Assembly: GCA_009914755.4 (NCBI GenBank)
Contig: CP068257.2
Location: 9,312,001-9,376,000, forward strand
Source of the DNA: the human T2T-CHM13v2.0 reference genome, Homo sapiens
DNA length: 64,000 bases
Direction: 5' to 3'
The notes under the pieces are model-generated. The model saw only the letters and a list, made by a program, of their open reading frames with translations, was not told where the DNA came from and searched no databases. Made by a program: the position numbers and the translations under genes. Below are positions 1 to 12,700 of this stretch, one piece after another; position 1 is the stretch's first letter; the number at the start of each line of letters is the position of its first letter.

Positions 1-42
1 TTTCCATGTAAATTCTCCTGAGTCCTGCAGCCTCAGTGAGAA

Positions 43-83
43 AGTGTGCATGTGTGTACTCACGTGTGTGTGTGTGTGTGTAA
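43..83. repeat. (TG)n dinucleotide microsatellite, interrupted
   Basis: Direct reading: gtgtgcatgtgtgtactcacgtgtgtgtgtgtgtgtgta. Confidence 0.9.
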
Positions 84-3000
84 TGTGATGTGGGGGCTTT
101 GGACAATCCATTCTCTTCTGTGCAGAGGTGAACTTTCACTTTGGAGAAACTGAACAACTGTCTGAGTGAGAGCACACTCTTATCATCCTGTGTGATCAGT
201 GGCACTTTGCTAATGATCCAAGAAGTGAGAGACAACAGGTGGAGCAGAAATTAGAGTCCACCAGGCCATATTACTCCCACTGGGGAGGGCTGCACCCAGT
301 GATACACTGAAAAACGTGTAACACGTCACTCCCTGAAAAAGGCTGTGCTTTGTAGCATTTGTCAATTTCCGTGGTCTAAATATTGACCCACTTTTTGTTC
401 CCAACACAATGTCCCTAAAAATGGCGATGGGAAGCTTTGCACCCCAGGCTCTTATGAGCCGGCACGAGCTGGCTCCAGCACACCACTGGTTTCCACTTGA
501 AATAGTGAGAATATCTAGTTTTTATTGAGAACGTGGCTGTGCACAGCCTAGAACAGGATTTCTCAGCCTCACTTCTACAGGCCTTCTGGGCTGGCACATC
601 CTCTGTTATGAGGCCTCACTGTCCATGGTAAGATGTTTGGCAGCATCCCTGGCCTTTACCCACCATGGGCCAGTAGTATTCTCCCAGTTGTGACAACTAA
701 AATATCTTCAAGCTTTGTCAAATGTCCCCTGTGGGCAAAATTGTGCCCGTTGGAGAACCACTGGCCTAGAAGAAGAAGGGTGAGTTGGCTCAGTATGGAA
801 GCTGTTTATTTGTTTTGAGGTCCTGCTAACATTTGAAGGCAAAGAGAAGGCCTGACATTTGCTGTGGGCTTGGGCTTCATAAATGCCCGTCAAAGAATGG
901 TCTATGCAAAGGCAGTGATTTCACATATGTCTGAATGTGGATTTATACATTTTTTTCTAGTTGGTGTGTGTCAGGTGTAGAATCCCTACATTCTGTTTGC
1001 TCTATAAGGTAGTATTTTTAACAGTGATTTAAACATTTTAAACTATTGATTTTTCATCATAGTTTTTGCTCCAGTAGAAATTAGGAATTGATCAATTCTT
1101 TTTAACTTCAGGTGTGCAAAGCAATTGGCTGATTAAACCTACAAATATAGTAGAACCCTTATGTTATTTTCTGGATGAGAACTAAATGTTAAAATTTGAG
1201 AAAGGTGAGGACAAAATTCTTTATGGATCTTGGTTAGGGGTTTCAAATGTCAATCAAGATATAAATGAGATGAATGCCTTGTGGAATTAATTATTTTTAT
1301 GACTGTGTTATGATATGAAAATGTTATGATAGGGAAAAATGCAAGAAACTGTTACCCCTGTAGGAATATTGACTTTGTAGCCTTGGTTAGAAGACAGGCT
1401 CTGATGGAAAAATTTGCTATGATGGATTGTGCCATGGAGACTTGACTCTCTCTACATTTATGGCACTGAAGCCACCTCTGTGGTGTGCAGTGTGGACGCA
1501 TGCCACGTCTCTCAGACGAAGCACACCTGGCAGTGGGCAGGCCCTGGCTGTGCCCTGCTGCTGTGGCCTGCCCCTTCTTCCTCTAGTAGGGCGGGGACCC
1601 TCTAACCAGGCAGCTTTGGACTAGACCAGTGCTATTCGAAGAATGATCTGGAGACAGTGACCAGGAGTCCTTTGTGGACCTGGGGACCTAACATTAGGAA
1701 TGATAAGTCCAGAAACTGAGCATTTAGAAACTTGTAAAGAAATTTGATGTTGCCATGTGAAGTAAAAATGTGGTCTGTTTTAGCAATTCATTTATTTTGT
1801 AGTTTTTAATAGTGTTGGTCTACAATAGATTAGGAAAAACAAAACCAAACAAGAAACCAACCAACCTCCTCCAAATCTGGTTCTTTTCCTCCAAATACTC
1901 AGAGAAGCACAAGAATAGACTGTTTACACCCTGGAGAGTCTTGCACAGTCTGTTTCCAGCTCATGCACCGTGAAGGCTGCTATGAGAGTAATAAACTGTG
2001 TTTCTTTCAAGGGAGGTGATGAAAATTGGAGAAGGTGGTGAGGATGCTTGATTGAAGTGAGTCCACAGCAGGCTTCACAGGGACTGTGGAGGCCTCTGCC
2101 AGGTGCATGTCCAGCCCCCTCAGCTTCTTTGTGGACATCCTGGGCCCTTCAGGGCTCTCTCGGGGTAAGGCGTGAGACCAGATCCTCACATAACTTCCAA
2201 GAGAACTGAAACCAGGACAGGGATGCAACACACTCAACTGTTCACTCTCCAGAACGATTTTCAGCATTTCAGGTGGAACTGAAATCTCTCGGACTCTGAG
2301 GCCTGCTCTCTTGTAACCTCTAACTTAAGTGCTAAAAGGTATACTAAATGCATTTTCAGTTTTGTTGCTATATTTGCAAGTTTCTGAAACTCTGCCTATA
2401 GTTCATAATTGTAGATAAAGAAGTAAAAAAAAAGAAAGCATTTGTTCTGTTGAAGGTAAAATATGCCCACATGTCATATGCAAAATGACATTGATGTGAG
2501 AGCCATTTCCTCTCATTTACATAAGACAAAGTTCCTTCCATGCCAAACTTCTCTAGAAACAATATCTGGAAAAGCACAGGTGAAGGAGAGGTATGACAGA
2601 AGAATCCCAAACTGGATACTGAACGCAGAACTTGTTGCCCTTGTCTAGCAAGTTCAGATTGCCATAAGGAAGTCACCATGAGTGGTAGGTTAAATGGCCA
2701 TTGCTACATTAAACTTTCTCTTAATATCACTTCAAACATTTAAAAATATATATTAGAAGAAATGCTACCATTTTCAATTAATTCTATTTTACTGGTTTCT
2801 CTTTCTGTTAATATAAATATGCATAGCTCTTTTCTTCAAATACAAAGCTGTTGGAAATTTCTAGGAACTAATTATCAAGAGGAAGAAGAATATTAACAAT
2901 ATACCTTGAAGTTTGTATTTCTTTTAGTCATAGCATTTTTAGATATTCATTTAAACATGAAAAATATTGGAACAATCTTGTTTTACCAACAAAACAACAG

Positions 3001-3094
3001 ATTCCTAGATATAATTTTTATTTAGTCAGGCTTCTCATTTTTTTCAGTCCTCAATTCTTTTTTCTTCTATTGTCTAAAGGACATCTTACCATGC

Positions 3095-3330
3095 TGCATC
3101 CCTGTTGTCTTCAGTAAGGATGGCACCAAGTTCAAGAGACTGAAGAAGAGACCTGGAGCCAGTGAATGAGACATAGAGTTTACTGAGGGGACTTACATAC
3201 AGGGCAGCCCACTGGTAGGAGGCTGGACAGCAGAAGTGCTACCATTTATAAAAAGCATGCAGTTTATACAGACTAGGTGAGTCTGCATGCTCAGGGTATG
3301 CTTAAATTAAGTTATTCCTGTCAGGTTTGT
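3095..3330 (+). repeat. Unclassified ~230-bp dispersed repeat, copy A (possibly LTR-derived)
   Basis: ggatggcaccaagttcaagagactgaagaagagacctggagccagtgaa...gcatgcagtttatacag recurs with ~80% identity at 5850-6070. Flanks of the two copies differ, so it is an interspersed element rather than a segmental duplication. Confidence 0.5.
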
Positions 3331-4166
3331 CTACCGTACCCTCCTCCCCAGCAGACCCTGGAATGCCGCTCACATTCTCACCGTGTCATTCCTCCACGAT
3401 TTCCCTGGGCCAGGTATGGGGGGGAACATTGCAGCCAGATCTCATAGCAGCAACACAAATTACAACAAAACAGAATAACAAATACAATAACAGTCATAAC
3501 GTTTTCCCAAGTGCTTGGGAGTTGACCTTACATGCTCAGTGGCAGGCCTATGGTGGAGAGGACAGCTCTTCGCACACCCAACAGTCTGGATGTTTTCTGG
3601 AGAGATGCCACCATCTGCACCCAGTTGGCAAAGAGGTTTGCTGCACACCATCCAACAAGATGACACCCAGGTATTTGATTGATAAGCCTGGCCCCTGGAC
3701 TTTGTGTTGACCACCCATCCTCTGTTCTCCAAGTGAGACAGCAAGGTGATTGTTGCAGTTTGTAAGCTGGAAAAACACTCGAAGTTAATGGAAAACATGT
3801 ACCCTCCCCCTCTGGGATGATATTTCCAGGGGAAGATGGTAAAGGCCCGTTGTTCTTATGTTTGAGGGAGCGAAAATATTTTGCATATTACCAAGTGACT
3901 AGTGTCACACCCAGTGGGTCACGCTGCTGGCCCTTTGGTTGCCCCCTTTCCTTTGGCGCCCTTGACTTTCATCCTTGTAGCATGTACCCCTTGCCCATGC
4001 AGTTTCTTCATGTCTCCTAAGTCAGTGGCTGCTCGGGCCACTGGAGACACTGGCTGTCCTGCCTAAGGGTTCAGGAGAGACACTAGCACACCATACCACT
4101 GACTGGATGCTGGCTCTAATCTTTCATGCCGCCAGTGAACAAAAGCTGATTTTTGGAAACTAGATA

Positions 4167-4356
4167 GTGCTCAGCGTAGATAGCATGCTTCCTTCTTAAT
4201 TCCCAGAGGATGTCTGGCACTTTCGTCATAGTCTGGCGTTGCAGAGGAGATGTGGGGATGTCTGCTCAGCATAGACAGTATACTTCATTCTTAATTCCCA
4301 GAGGATGTCTGGCATTTTCGTCGTAGGCTGGCATTGCAGAGGAGACGGGGTGGGGG
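4167..4356. repeat. Tandem duplication, 2 x ~95 bp
   Basis: gctcagcgtagatagcatgcttccttcttaattcccagaggatgtctggcactttcgtcatagtctggcgttgcagaggagatgtgggg is repeated immediately downstream with a few substitutions. Confidence 0.8.
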
Positions 4357-4594
4357 TGGTGTCTCACTCATTTGGCCAGTTCCCCTTGCAGCCACAACCA
4401 CCCAGCTACCATAGGTATGGCTCAATCCTCATTACTGGAGCTGCAGCGGTGCTGCCTCAGGACCGGGTGGCTTGTGGTGGACACCATTCCACTCACCTCA
4501 AATACAGAGATACAGCACCTCATGTCCCCTAGTGGTAGAAGCCACCCGTGATCAGCTCTCCCCCTTCCTCCTGAAACTATCTCCCAGCTCCACC

Positions 4595-4775
4595 AGTTCC
4601 ACAGTGGTGCCACCCTGCGCTGTGTCATGCTGCCATCTTTCAGGCAGGGGAGACAGTTCCACAGTGGTGCTCCCTTGTGCTGTGTCATGCTGCCATCTTT
4701 CAGGCAGGGGAGAGAGTTCCATAGTGGTGCCGCCCTGTGCTGTGTCGTGCTGCCATCTTTCAGGCAGGGGAGAGT
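4595..4775. repeat. Minisatellite, 60-bp unit x3
   Basis: agttccacagtggtgc(c/t)(a/c)cc(c/t)tg(c/t)gctgtgtcatgctgccatctttcaggcaggggaga(c/g) starts at 4595, 4655 and 4715. Confidence 0.85.
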
Positions 4776-5336
4776 TTTGTGGGTCTACTCCCTGAGGGAG
4801 TGATTGGCCTGCCTTTATCTTGGTGGTGACCACTAGATGTGCATCGGGGGCTGGGAACCTCTATGGACTTATCTCAGTCCTTGTCCTCACTCTCCTCCCA
4901 GCGGGGCTCTCCATGGGGCCCTAGGACTTAGGGCCCCAGGATGATTGGGTCATGATAGCCCTGACTAGTAGATGTGGCAGTCAGCGACCCTTCAAATGGG
5001 CTACCCAATGATCCAGGGTCTCCATTTTGCCACCCTGTTCTCACAGGCAGGACAGTAAGTCTCTGATGTTTCAACCTGAGATAATCTTGTATCTCTTTCT
5101 GGTCATAAATTGTCTTGTACTTGATGCACCTTTGCCTGTGCTGTGAGCTGAGCCTCAGTGTCTGTTTGGAGTGTAGTCAGGAGCAGCCACCCGTTGTGGC
5201 TGCCAAAACTTGGGCATCTAACCTTGCTTAGATAGATATGCCCCCTGCCACAGCTCTTCCAGACCTCTCAGCATTTTCAGGGGGTTATCATACTCACTCA
5301 TTTGGCCTCATCCATTAAGGATAGTGGCTATAAGGC

Positions 5337-5790
5337 CCACATAGACATGGACAGCCAGCCCAGGGTCTCTCCCATGGATGTCCCCTTCCCTGATCATAGG
5401 CATGGACAGCTGGCCCAGGTTTTCCTCCGTGGATCTTCCTTTCCTGATCACAGGCATGGACAGCCAGCCCAGGGTCTCCCCCGCGGATCTCCCCTTCCCT
5501 GATCATAGGCATGGACAGCCGGCCCAGGGTCTCCCCCATGGATCTCCCATTCCCTGATCATAGGCATGGACAGCCAGCCCAAGGTCTCCCCCGCGGATCT
5601 CCCCTTCCCTGATCATAGGCATGGACAGCCGGCCCAGGGTCTCCCCCATGGATCTCCCATTCCCTGATCATAGGCATGGACAGCCAGCCCAGGGTCTCCC
5701 CCGCGGATTTCCCCTTCCCTGATCATAGGCATGGACAGCCGGCCCAGGGTCTCCCCCGTGGATCTCCCCTTCCCTGATGCTATCATCTTG
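5337..5790. repeat. Minisatellite/VNTR, 55-bp unit x~8 with 110-bp higher-order alternation
   Basis: The gatcataggcatggacagcc anchor recurs at 5392, 5446, 5501, 5556, 5611, 5666 and 5721. Alternate units carry cagccagcccagggtctcccccgcggatctcccctt versus cagccggcccagggtctcccccatggatctcccatt. Confidence 0.9.
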
Positions 5791-5849
5791 GTATTCACGG
5801 GGTTTGCTCTGACTTACTGGCTTCCTCACCAGTTGTGCTGGATCCTTAT

Positions 5850-6070
5850 TGGCTTTGGTAGGGATGGCACCAGGTTCAAGAGGCTGAAGAAAAGACCTGG
5901 AGCCAGTGAACTGGATACGGGGTTTATTAAGGAAACTTTCATACAGGGCCATTGAGCGGTGGCAGGCTGGACAGGAGGAGCACTGTCATTTGTCAAAAGC
6001 ATGCAGTTTACACAGATCTGGTGCAGGTACATTCTCAGGCTTTGCTTAAGTGATTTCCACAGGTGCATCT
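5850..6070 (+). repeat. Unclassified ~230-bp dispersed repeat, copy B
   Basis: gggatggcaccaggttcaagaggctgaagaaaagacctggagccagtgaa...gcatgcagtttacacag is homologous to 3095-3330. Confidence 0.5.
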
Positions 6071-8475
6071 GCTACACATATCTCCACTTCATCATAAAAG
6101 CAGAATTGTGTTCCCCTGTCCTTTTCCCAGCTTTTTCATATATGTAAGTCGTGACATAAAATGCAAACTCTGGTCATTTTTATCCTTTTTCTGCACTTTT
6201 CCACTTATGGCTGGCTTGTCTTCAAGTCTGTTTCTTCTTCTTTCTTATGTTCAGATATTTCCATTTACTTACTCTCTCATCGAAGTGCCCTAGAAATGGG
6301 GCCAGTAGTGGCTTCTGCACATAGCACTGAGGTTATCTTTCTAAATTCTTCCTCTGTACTATCCTCCATAACAGCACATTAGCTTCCATTTGGGTCAAAT
6401 TAACCTCAACTTATGAACTTTAATATCCACCATCATTATATCCTCTTGTTTCATTAGGCACCATCTAAACCAAGTACTTTCGAAGTAATAAACATAAAAA
6501 GTTAAAAAACTTGGAACACAGTTTTTACTATGACTATTTCGATTTAGATTCTATTATTTATGCTCATGTGAATGCCTTCTAGTAAGTTTGGCCTTCTTGA
6601 ATGCAGTCATAGCTTGCACACGTATGGAATTGCTGGGTCGTGTTTTATTTTGTGTGTGTTTTCCTTGCAGTTATCCAATGGGTCCTGAGAGAGTGTGTTG
6701 GAGTCTGAACTGCCATTCTCAGCAAGTGTCTGACCCTTAACCCTGAGCCAGGCAGAGTCCGGGGACTAAGGTTCCATGCAGGAATGGAGTGGGGTGGCCC
6801 ATCTCATGGAGGAGGAGATGAGACATAGGCAACAAGATGTGGTTAAAGACGGACAGGGGGTCAGAAATCAAAGAAAAAGAGAAAATCAAGTATCATCATC
6901 TCTCAAGGGTCGGGGTACCAGAAAGAAAGCCAACTTGAAGCAATGAGTATTTATTGCCAGTTATAACTACAGATAGCTGAGTGGGGAGAGAAGCGTTGGA
7001 AGCAAAATAGAAGAAGAAACCCAGAAATGTCCAGGTGTGCGAAAACAAGTGCCGGCAGTCGCATTAAGAGGTTACTGGGGCCTTGACCGTGGTCAGGGAG
7101 AGAAATGGCATCAAGGCAGCTTAGAGACGCGCTGCTGGGAATTTCAGTTTGGCTTTCATGGTAATATTAGTACCTGGATTTTAACGAATACGTGTGCACT
7201 TGGCACTGGGCTGATATTTATTCAAGGGCCTTAATTGATGCTAAGAAACATAATTTTAAAAACCACTGTTTTCTTTATATTTAATGATTTTAGTAGTAGT
7301 TATGATACCAGTAAAATATTAATGTTTATTCAGCTCTCCTTTGTGCTGGCATATCCAGGTTTTCATCCACTGTGGCTGACTGAAAAGCATGGCCATGCTA
7401 TTTTGTAGCTTTCCTATCAGGGCATGATCTATTTCTCCACCCCTTCACTCTGGGCTGAACTTGTGATTTGCGGTGACTAACAGAATGCGGTGAAAGACCC
7501 CCAAGAGGCCTTGCCTCTTCTGCCTTCACTTTCCTGGGACGTTGCTGCCTTCATGAGAGGAAGTCAATGATCCTCTTTGAGATTGAAAGACGACCTGGAA
7601 AGGAGGAGCTCTTGCGGTTCACCCAGCTGAGCTCAGCCTAATCCAACACAGCTGAACCCATGCAAGATCAGCAAAAGCACCTCTTGGCCCACCCAGAGAG
7701 CTGTGAGAAATGTAAGTCAGTCCGATTTGGGGTACCTTGTCTGGCAGTATTGAATAACTAATGAACCTTCAATTTTAACAAGCCTGCCCTTTGGCACACA
7801 CACTCACCCGCACACTGATTCAAACAACAAACTATGCGAGGCCCAGGACGTGACCAGGTGGCATGTCAGTAAATACCTGTTTCCAGGCCCTTTACGAACT
7901 TTTCAATACTCACTAGAGCTGCACAAAAATTGTGCTATTGCTGCATAAAGATTGGCTATGACCGTTTTTTGTGGAGAGACAATTTCACATCTTGAAAAGA
8001 TATAGTTTTTACCCAAATCTGGGATTCCACACCCAAGACATGGCTGCTCAGAAACAATTGTGCTGAAGAGATTGATTGCCTCTTGGTTGTTGTAGGCTCA
8101 GGGGAGGAAAGATCTGGGTTTGAATCACTGGCCCTACAATTAACAAGATTTGTGGCATGGGAAAAATGCCTGACTTTCTAAATCTTCATTGCACCTCTGT
8201 AAATGGAGGCAAATAACATTAATCAATCTAGGTTATTTTGAAATACATAGTAAAATCACTCAATCTAGTGCCTACCACATACCAATTTTCAAAAACTGTA
8301 GTTTTCCTCCCCTGGTACAGTGCTTCTGTAACTGTTGTACCATTACAATCTGCACCAAAAGCAATTGGAGTTTGTTTAAAATGTGGGTATCCAGGCCCAC
8401 CACACAGTGGTCAGTTATATTACTTTTATCTCTTATAATCCATTTTTCTTGATTATATTATTTTAAAATATATGT

Positions 8476-8895
8476 GACACCAACTAGAATGGCTAAGATG
8501 GAAAATACAGACAGTATTAATTGTTGGCTAGGATGTGGAGCAGTTGGGACTCTCCTACTCTGCTCCTGGGGGTGTGCACTGCTGTATTTACTAAAGCTGG
8601 GCATAACTGAACCCAAGAATTCCAATCCTAGGCATATTCCCAATGGAAATGTGTGCATGTGATCACCAAAAGATAGATATTATTAAAATGTTTATAGCAG
8701 CACTCTTTGCAATAGCTCCCAACTGGAAACTACTAGGTGCCCATCAACAGCAGAGTGGACTTTTTTTGAAGCTGGGATACAATGCAGCAATGAGCATGAA
8801 CAAACGACCACACACTGCAGCACAGGTGCATCTCACAAATGCCATGTTGTAGACAAGAAGCACATACAACAGTACATACTGTACAATTACATTGA
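8476..8895 (+). mobile_element. LINE-1 (older L1P/L1M-type) ORF2 3'-region fragment
   Basis: Matches the L1 ORF2 3' segment: ...agaatggc(t/a)a..gatgtggag.a.t.gga.c.c.c.cta..gctggtgg...ccaaga.ttcca.tcctaggcatat.cccaa.g.aatg......tttatagcagcact.tt..caatagc...a.ctggaa.ca.c.a.atgcccatcaaca. Diverged from L1HS. The six-frame ORFs here are in-frame remnants. Confidence 0.7.
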
Positions 8896-8920
8896 CTTAA
8901 GCTTAAGAAATGGTAAAACT

Positions 8921-9214
8921 GGCTGGGTGTGGTGGCTCATGCCTGTAATCCCAGCACTTTGGGAGGCCGAGGTGGGCAGATCACGAGGTCAGGAGCTCGA
9001 GACCAGCCTGGCCAACATAGTGAAACCCCGTCTCTACTAAAACTACAAGAAAATTAACCGAGTGTGGTGGTACGTGCCTGTAGTCCCAACTACTCGGGAG
9101 GCTGAGGTGGGAATTGCTTGAACTCGGGAGGCAGAGTTTGCAGTGAGCCGAGATCACGCCACTGAACTCCATCCTGTTGACAGAGTGAGACTCCATCTTA
9201 AAAAAAAAAAAAAG
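8921..9214 (+). mobile_element. Alu SINE, full-length with A15 tail
   Basis: ggctgggtgtggtggctcatgcctgtaatcccagcactttgggaggccgaggtgggcagatcacgaggtcaggag...ccatcttaaaaaaaaaaaaaa. Confidence 0.95.
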
Positions 9215-9597
9215 GAACTGGTAAAACAATACTATGGTCTTAGAGGCTCAGAGTAGTAGCTACCCCTGTTTGGGTTAGTGACGGGAAGGGCACCAGGAAG
9301 GTTTTGGGGGTGCAGTAATGCTCTCTGTTTCTTGATCCAGGTGCTGACTAGATGGCTGTGTTTGTTTTGTGCAAGTTTGTTGAGCTGTACCACTTATAAT
9401 CCGTCCACATCTCTGGATGCATATTATACTAAGTAAAAAGTTTACGTTCATAAAATAAACCATGGGACATAAAGGATACGTTTTTGCAAACTTCCTTTAT
9501 GTCTCTCTAAATTCTCCCCTGCGTTCCTCTCTTCAACATGAATGTTTGGAGAACTAAGAGAAAGAAACACAAACCCTGACTAACTTGAATTTAGAAT

Positions 9598-9790
9598 TTT
9601 TTGACTTACAATAGGTTTATTGGGACGTACCCCATCGTAGGTCAAGGAGTATCTGGACTTACAATGGTTTACCTTAGGATATTTTGAGTTTATCATGGGT
9701 TTATCAAGGTATTAAATGCATTTTGATTTATGATATTTTAGACTTATGATTAGTTTATCAGGCTGTAACCCCACTGGAAGTCTAGGAGGA
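9598..9790. mobile_element. Short non-autonomous TcMar-Tigger-family DNA transposon (MER2-like MITE)
   Basis: tttgacttacaataggtttattgggacgtaccccatcgtaggtcaaggagtatctg and ...gtattaaatgcattttgatttatgatattttagacttatgattagtttatcaggctgtaaccccactggaagtctaggag match the characteristic gacttacgatgggtttatcgggacgtaaccccatcgtaagtcgaggagcatctg terminal motif. Subfamily name is uncertain. Confidence 0.5.
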
Positions 9791-12700
9791 CCTGCATTCT
9801 AATTTTAAAAATATGCAAGCCTGTTTACATATTTATTTTATATTTCTTCACCACATCTACAAAGCAGACCACAATTAGCTTTGTAAAAAAGGAGATATGG
9901 AATCTAAATGTTCCAGGACATAGTTGTGAGAGCTGCAAAGATGAGTCGATTGATTTTGTTCGGGGTCCTCCTTCTTGCTGATGCTGGCTGACCTTGTTTA
10001 CTCAGCCTCCATCCTTGGGCCTGGTCAAAGAGTATTGCCGACTAGCCTGCCTCTTCCTCATCTATACTGTCATAAGACTATCTCTTTTTTGTCCAGGTAC
10101 CCCTGTTGCAGTCTTAAAGGTTGTCTTTCAAAAGTTGAAAGACACAAAACTTGATGTGATCTGGCTGCTCTAACTTGATTCTGTGTTTTTGCAGAAAAAC
10201 CCTCCCCACCATTCTCGTCTCCCGAAAAGCATTCATTAAGGGTTTGAACGGGATGGAAATAATTATTAATCTCACCTATTTGCTCAATGTGTTGCCCAGG
10301 CTGCAACTCAAGTCTATGAATGTCTCATCTGCCCATTCACAGCGATTCGAAAACGAGTTTTAAACAGTAGAACCATTAATTCGGTGACCTTTTAGGCACA
10401 CAACACCAGCCACCTGGAATCTCTCTGTCAGTTCACAGTGTGTATTTATTTTTTTTTTCTTTTTGCTCACAAAGCAGAAAAGTTTGCATGAGCTGGCGGG
10501 AGTGAGTAGGGGTGAACGGAATCAACATTTGTTGAAGTGTTCATATGTGTTTTAATGACATTGTGTAAATTATTCTATGTAACCCTCACAGTATCCTGAA
10601 GGGAAGATAAAAGCATTTTCATTTTACAAATTAAAAGAATGACCTGTGAGGCAGGCTCACTGTGAGCGGTGACTGGCATGCCTGAGTCTGTGGAGGGAGA
10701 GCACACTCCCAGGCATCAACTCACATGACGCAGATTTGATACTTGTGGATAGGCAGCAAGGAACAACAGGAGTTTGTGGGAGCTGCTTCCTCGAGACTCA
10801 GAAAGCTGCCGGGGTGGATGGAGCTTTGACTGTGTGTGCCCCCGTTGTGCTGTAGATGAGGGACCCTGAAAAGCAGCCCACCCTGGGTTTTACACCACGG
10901 GGGAACATGATGCAAGGAGCTCCAGAATTGAAGGACGTCCCGTTTCTAGGGGAGGGTGGGAACAGAGCCTGAGAATTCCAGCCTGCTCACCCTTATCTCA
11001 GAGTGTTGCATTCCCAGGACATCTTCCAAGGCCACCTGGAGAGCTGTCCTGCAGTGACACACCTCAGCTTACCCAGCGTAGAAGTGAGGGGCTCAGATTC
11101 AGCATCCGCAGCTATCCCCAAATGCCGTGATTATTATTCCACCATCCAAGGCTCACAGTGAGTTAACTGTTTTCTTTCTCCTGTCATTCAGGAGCCCAAG
11201 GGTGGTGGCTTCAGCACCCTACGAAATGTGCCAGCAAGGTCTACAGTATCAGCAACTTTACCTCTCCCTCCCAAAGCTTTCTGGAGTGCTTAGTAGAAGA
11301 CAGAGGACTCTAAAGTGTGAATGTGGAATGGAAATCGAGGCCACTGGGAACGGCTGCGTCGAAGAGTAACTTGGGAACGCATAGGGATTCACAGGATAGA
11401 TATTGTCTGGATATCAGGGCGAAATGTTAATTAGGGATCAAAATGTCCTTTTAAATTAGCTATGTTGAAGAGAAAGGAGAAGACCAGGAAACAGAAGAAA
11501 GATATATGTTATGTGGTATTTTGGAATAAATATTTATAGAAAACAATGATCTGTTTGTTTAAAAACTACCGATCTAAAATGCTGCCCTGTCTCATCCCTT
11601 CTTCCTGCTTTATTTTCCTTCTCACTGTTTATTCCCTGACATTTTGTAAACTACACTTATTTATCTTGCAAATGTTTCCTACTAGAACGTAAGGCCCATG
11701 AGGGCGGACGTTTTGCCTCATTCTCTTTGGAACAGTGGACACACAGGGACTTACACAAATATCTGTTGAATGAATGAATGTACGCTTCACATTTGATGAC
11801 TTACTAATGTAATGATGTCTGACCAATAGATAAATCTTTTTCCGTATTAACTGATTGGACATGTTCCTTGAAGCCATCACTGGGGGTCTGCTCTGAAGTT
11901 TATGGATCACTCAGGATGGTGGGCTCAGGGCTCAGGTGGGTCCTAGGTTGCCTTGTTAGTATCAGTCCAAGGTGTCTATCAGAGTTGCTACCAAAAAGAC
12001 GATTTTCCAAGTCTTCAAAAATGAACTGTTAGGGAGGATTATGCTGGATATTTATATCAATTTCTGGACACTTTAAAGCTATGAAGACAGATATGAAAAT
12101 AAAGGTTTTTTTCATTTTAGGGGGCTGAGACAAAAATAGACAATTTGAGGAAAATATAAATGTATCCATAGAGGTCATTGTTAGCACCTTTCAAAAACTT
12201 GTTTTGGTCGCCTAAAAGCATAAAGAATCTACTGTATATGGTAAACCAGTATTCAGGGTCCAGCCAAGAAAACAGAAACAACACTAATTATTTTAGTACA
12301 CAGAGATTTAAATGTGGGAAATTGACTAAATAGAATAAAAAGGGGGAACTGAGGTATTGCAGAGAGTGAAACTGCAGGGGCAGCCACCAGCTGTCTAGGG
12401 CTGAGGAACAAAGGAAAGAAGTTGGGGTTACTAGAATCGAGAAGCTGGAGGCGGGGTCCCCAGAGCTGGGGCTCAGTCCCCCAAGAAGGGGCACTGCCCA
12501 GCTGGTGCTCAGGCCTTTGAGAGGTTCATGGGGAGGGTGTCTCCGGGAGCACAAAAAGAAGCCAGGCATGGGAACTGATGTTATGGCTACTGACCGCTGC
12601 TGCCAGGGTGAAGGGCATTGCTGAGCAGCCTGGGTAGATGACAACGCCAGTAGGAACCGGTCCCTTCTCCCACCACCTGCCTCCCAGGCTCCCTCCGGTG

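Noticed and set aside
4422-5955. ORFs of 74-107 aa across the 60-bp and 55-bp arrays, and 43901-44254 / 13901-14243 across other arrays
   Set aside because: Same tandem-repeat artefact. The proteins are exact unit repeats in multiple frames.
3095-6070. Naming the 230-bp element plus VNTR block as SVA or LTR12
   Set aside because: No (CCCTCT)n hexamer or SINE-R/HERV-K segment is visible, which argues against SVA. I cannot reproduce an LTR12 consensus from memory, so I left it unclassified rather than guess.
8476-8895. ORFs 8474-8662 and 8643-8852 as candidate genes
   Set aside because: They lie inside a diverged L1 ORF2 fragment. They are remnants of the retrotransposon reading frame, not host genes.
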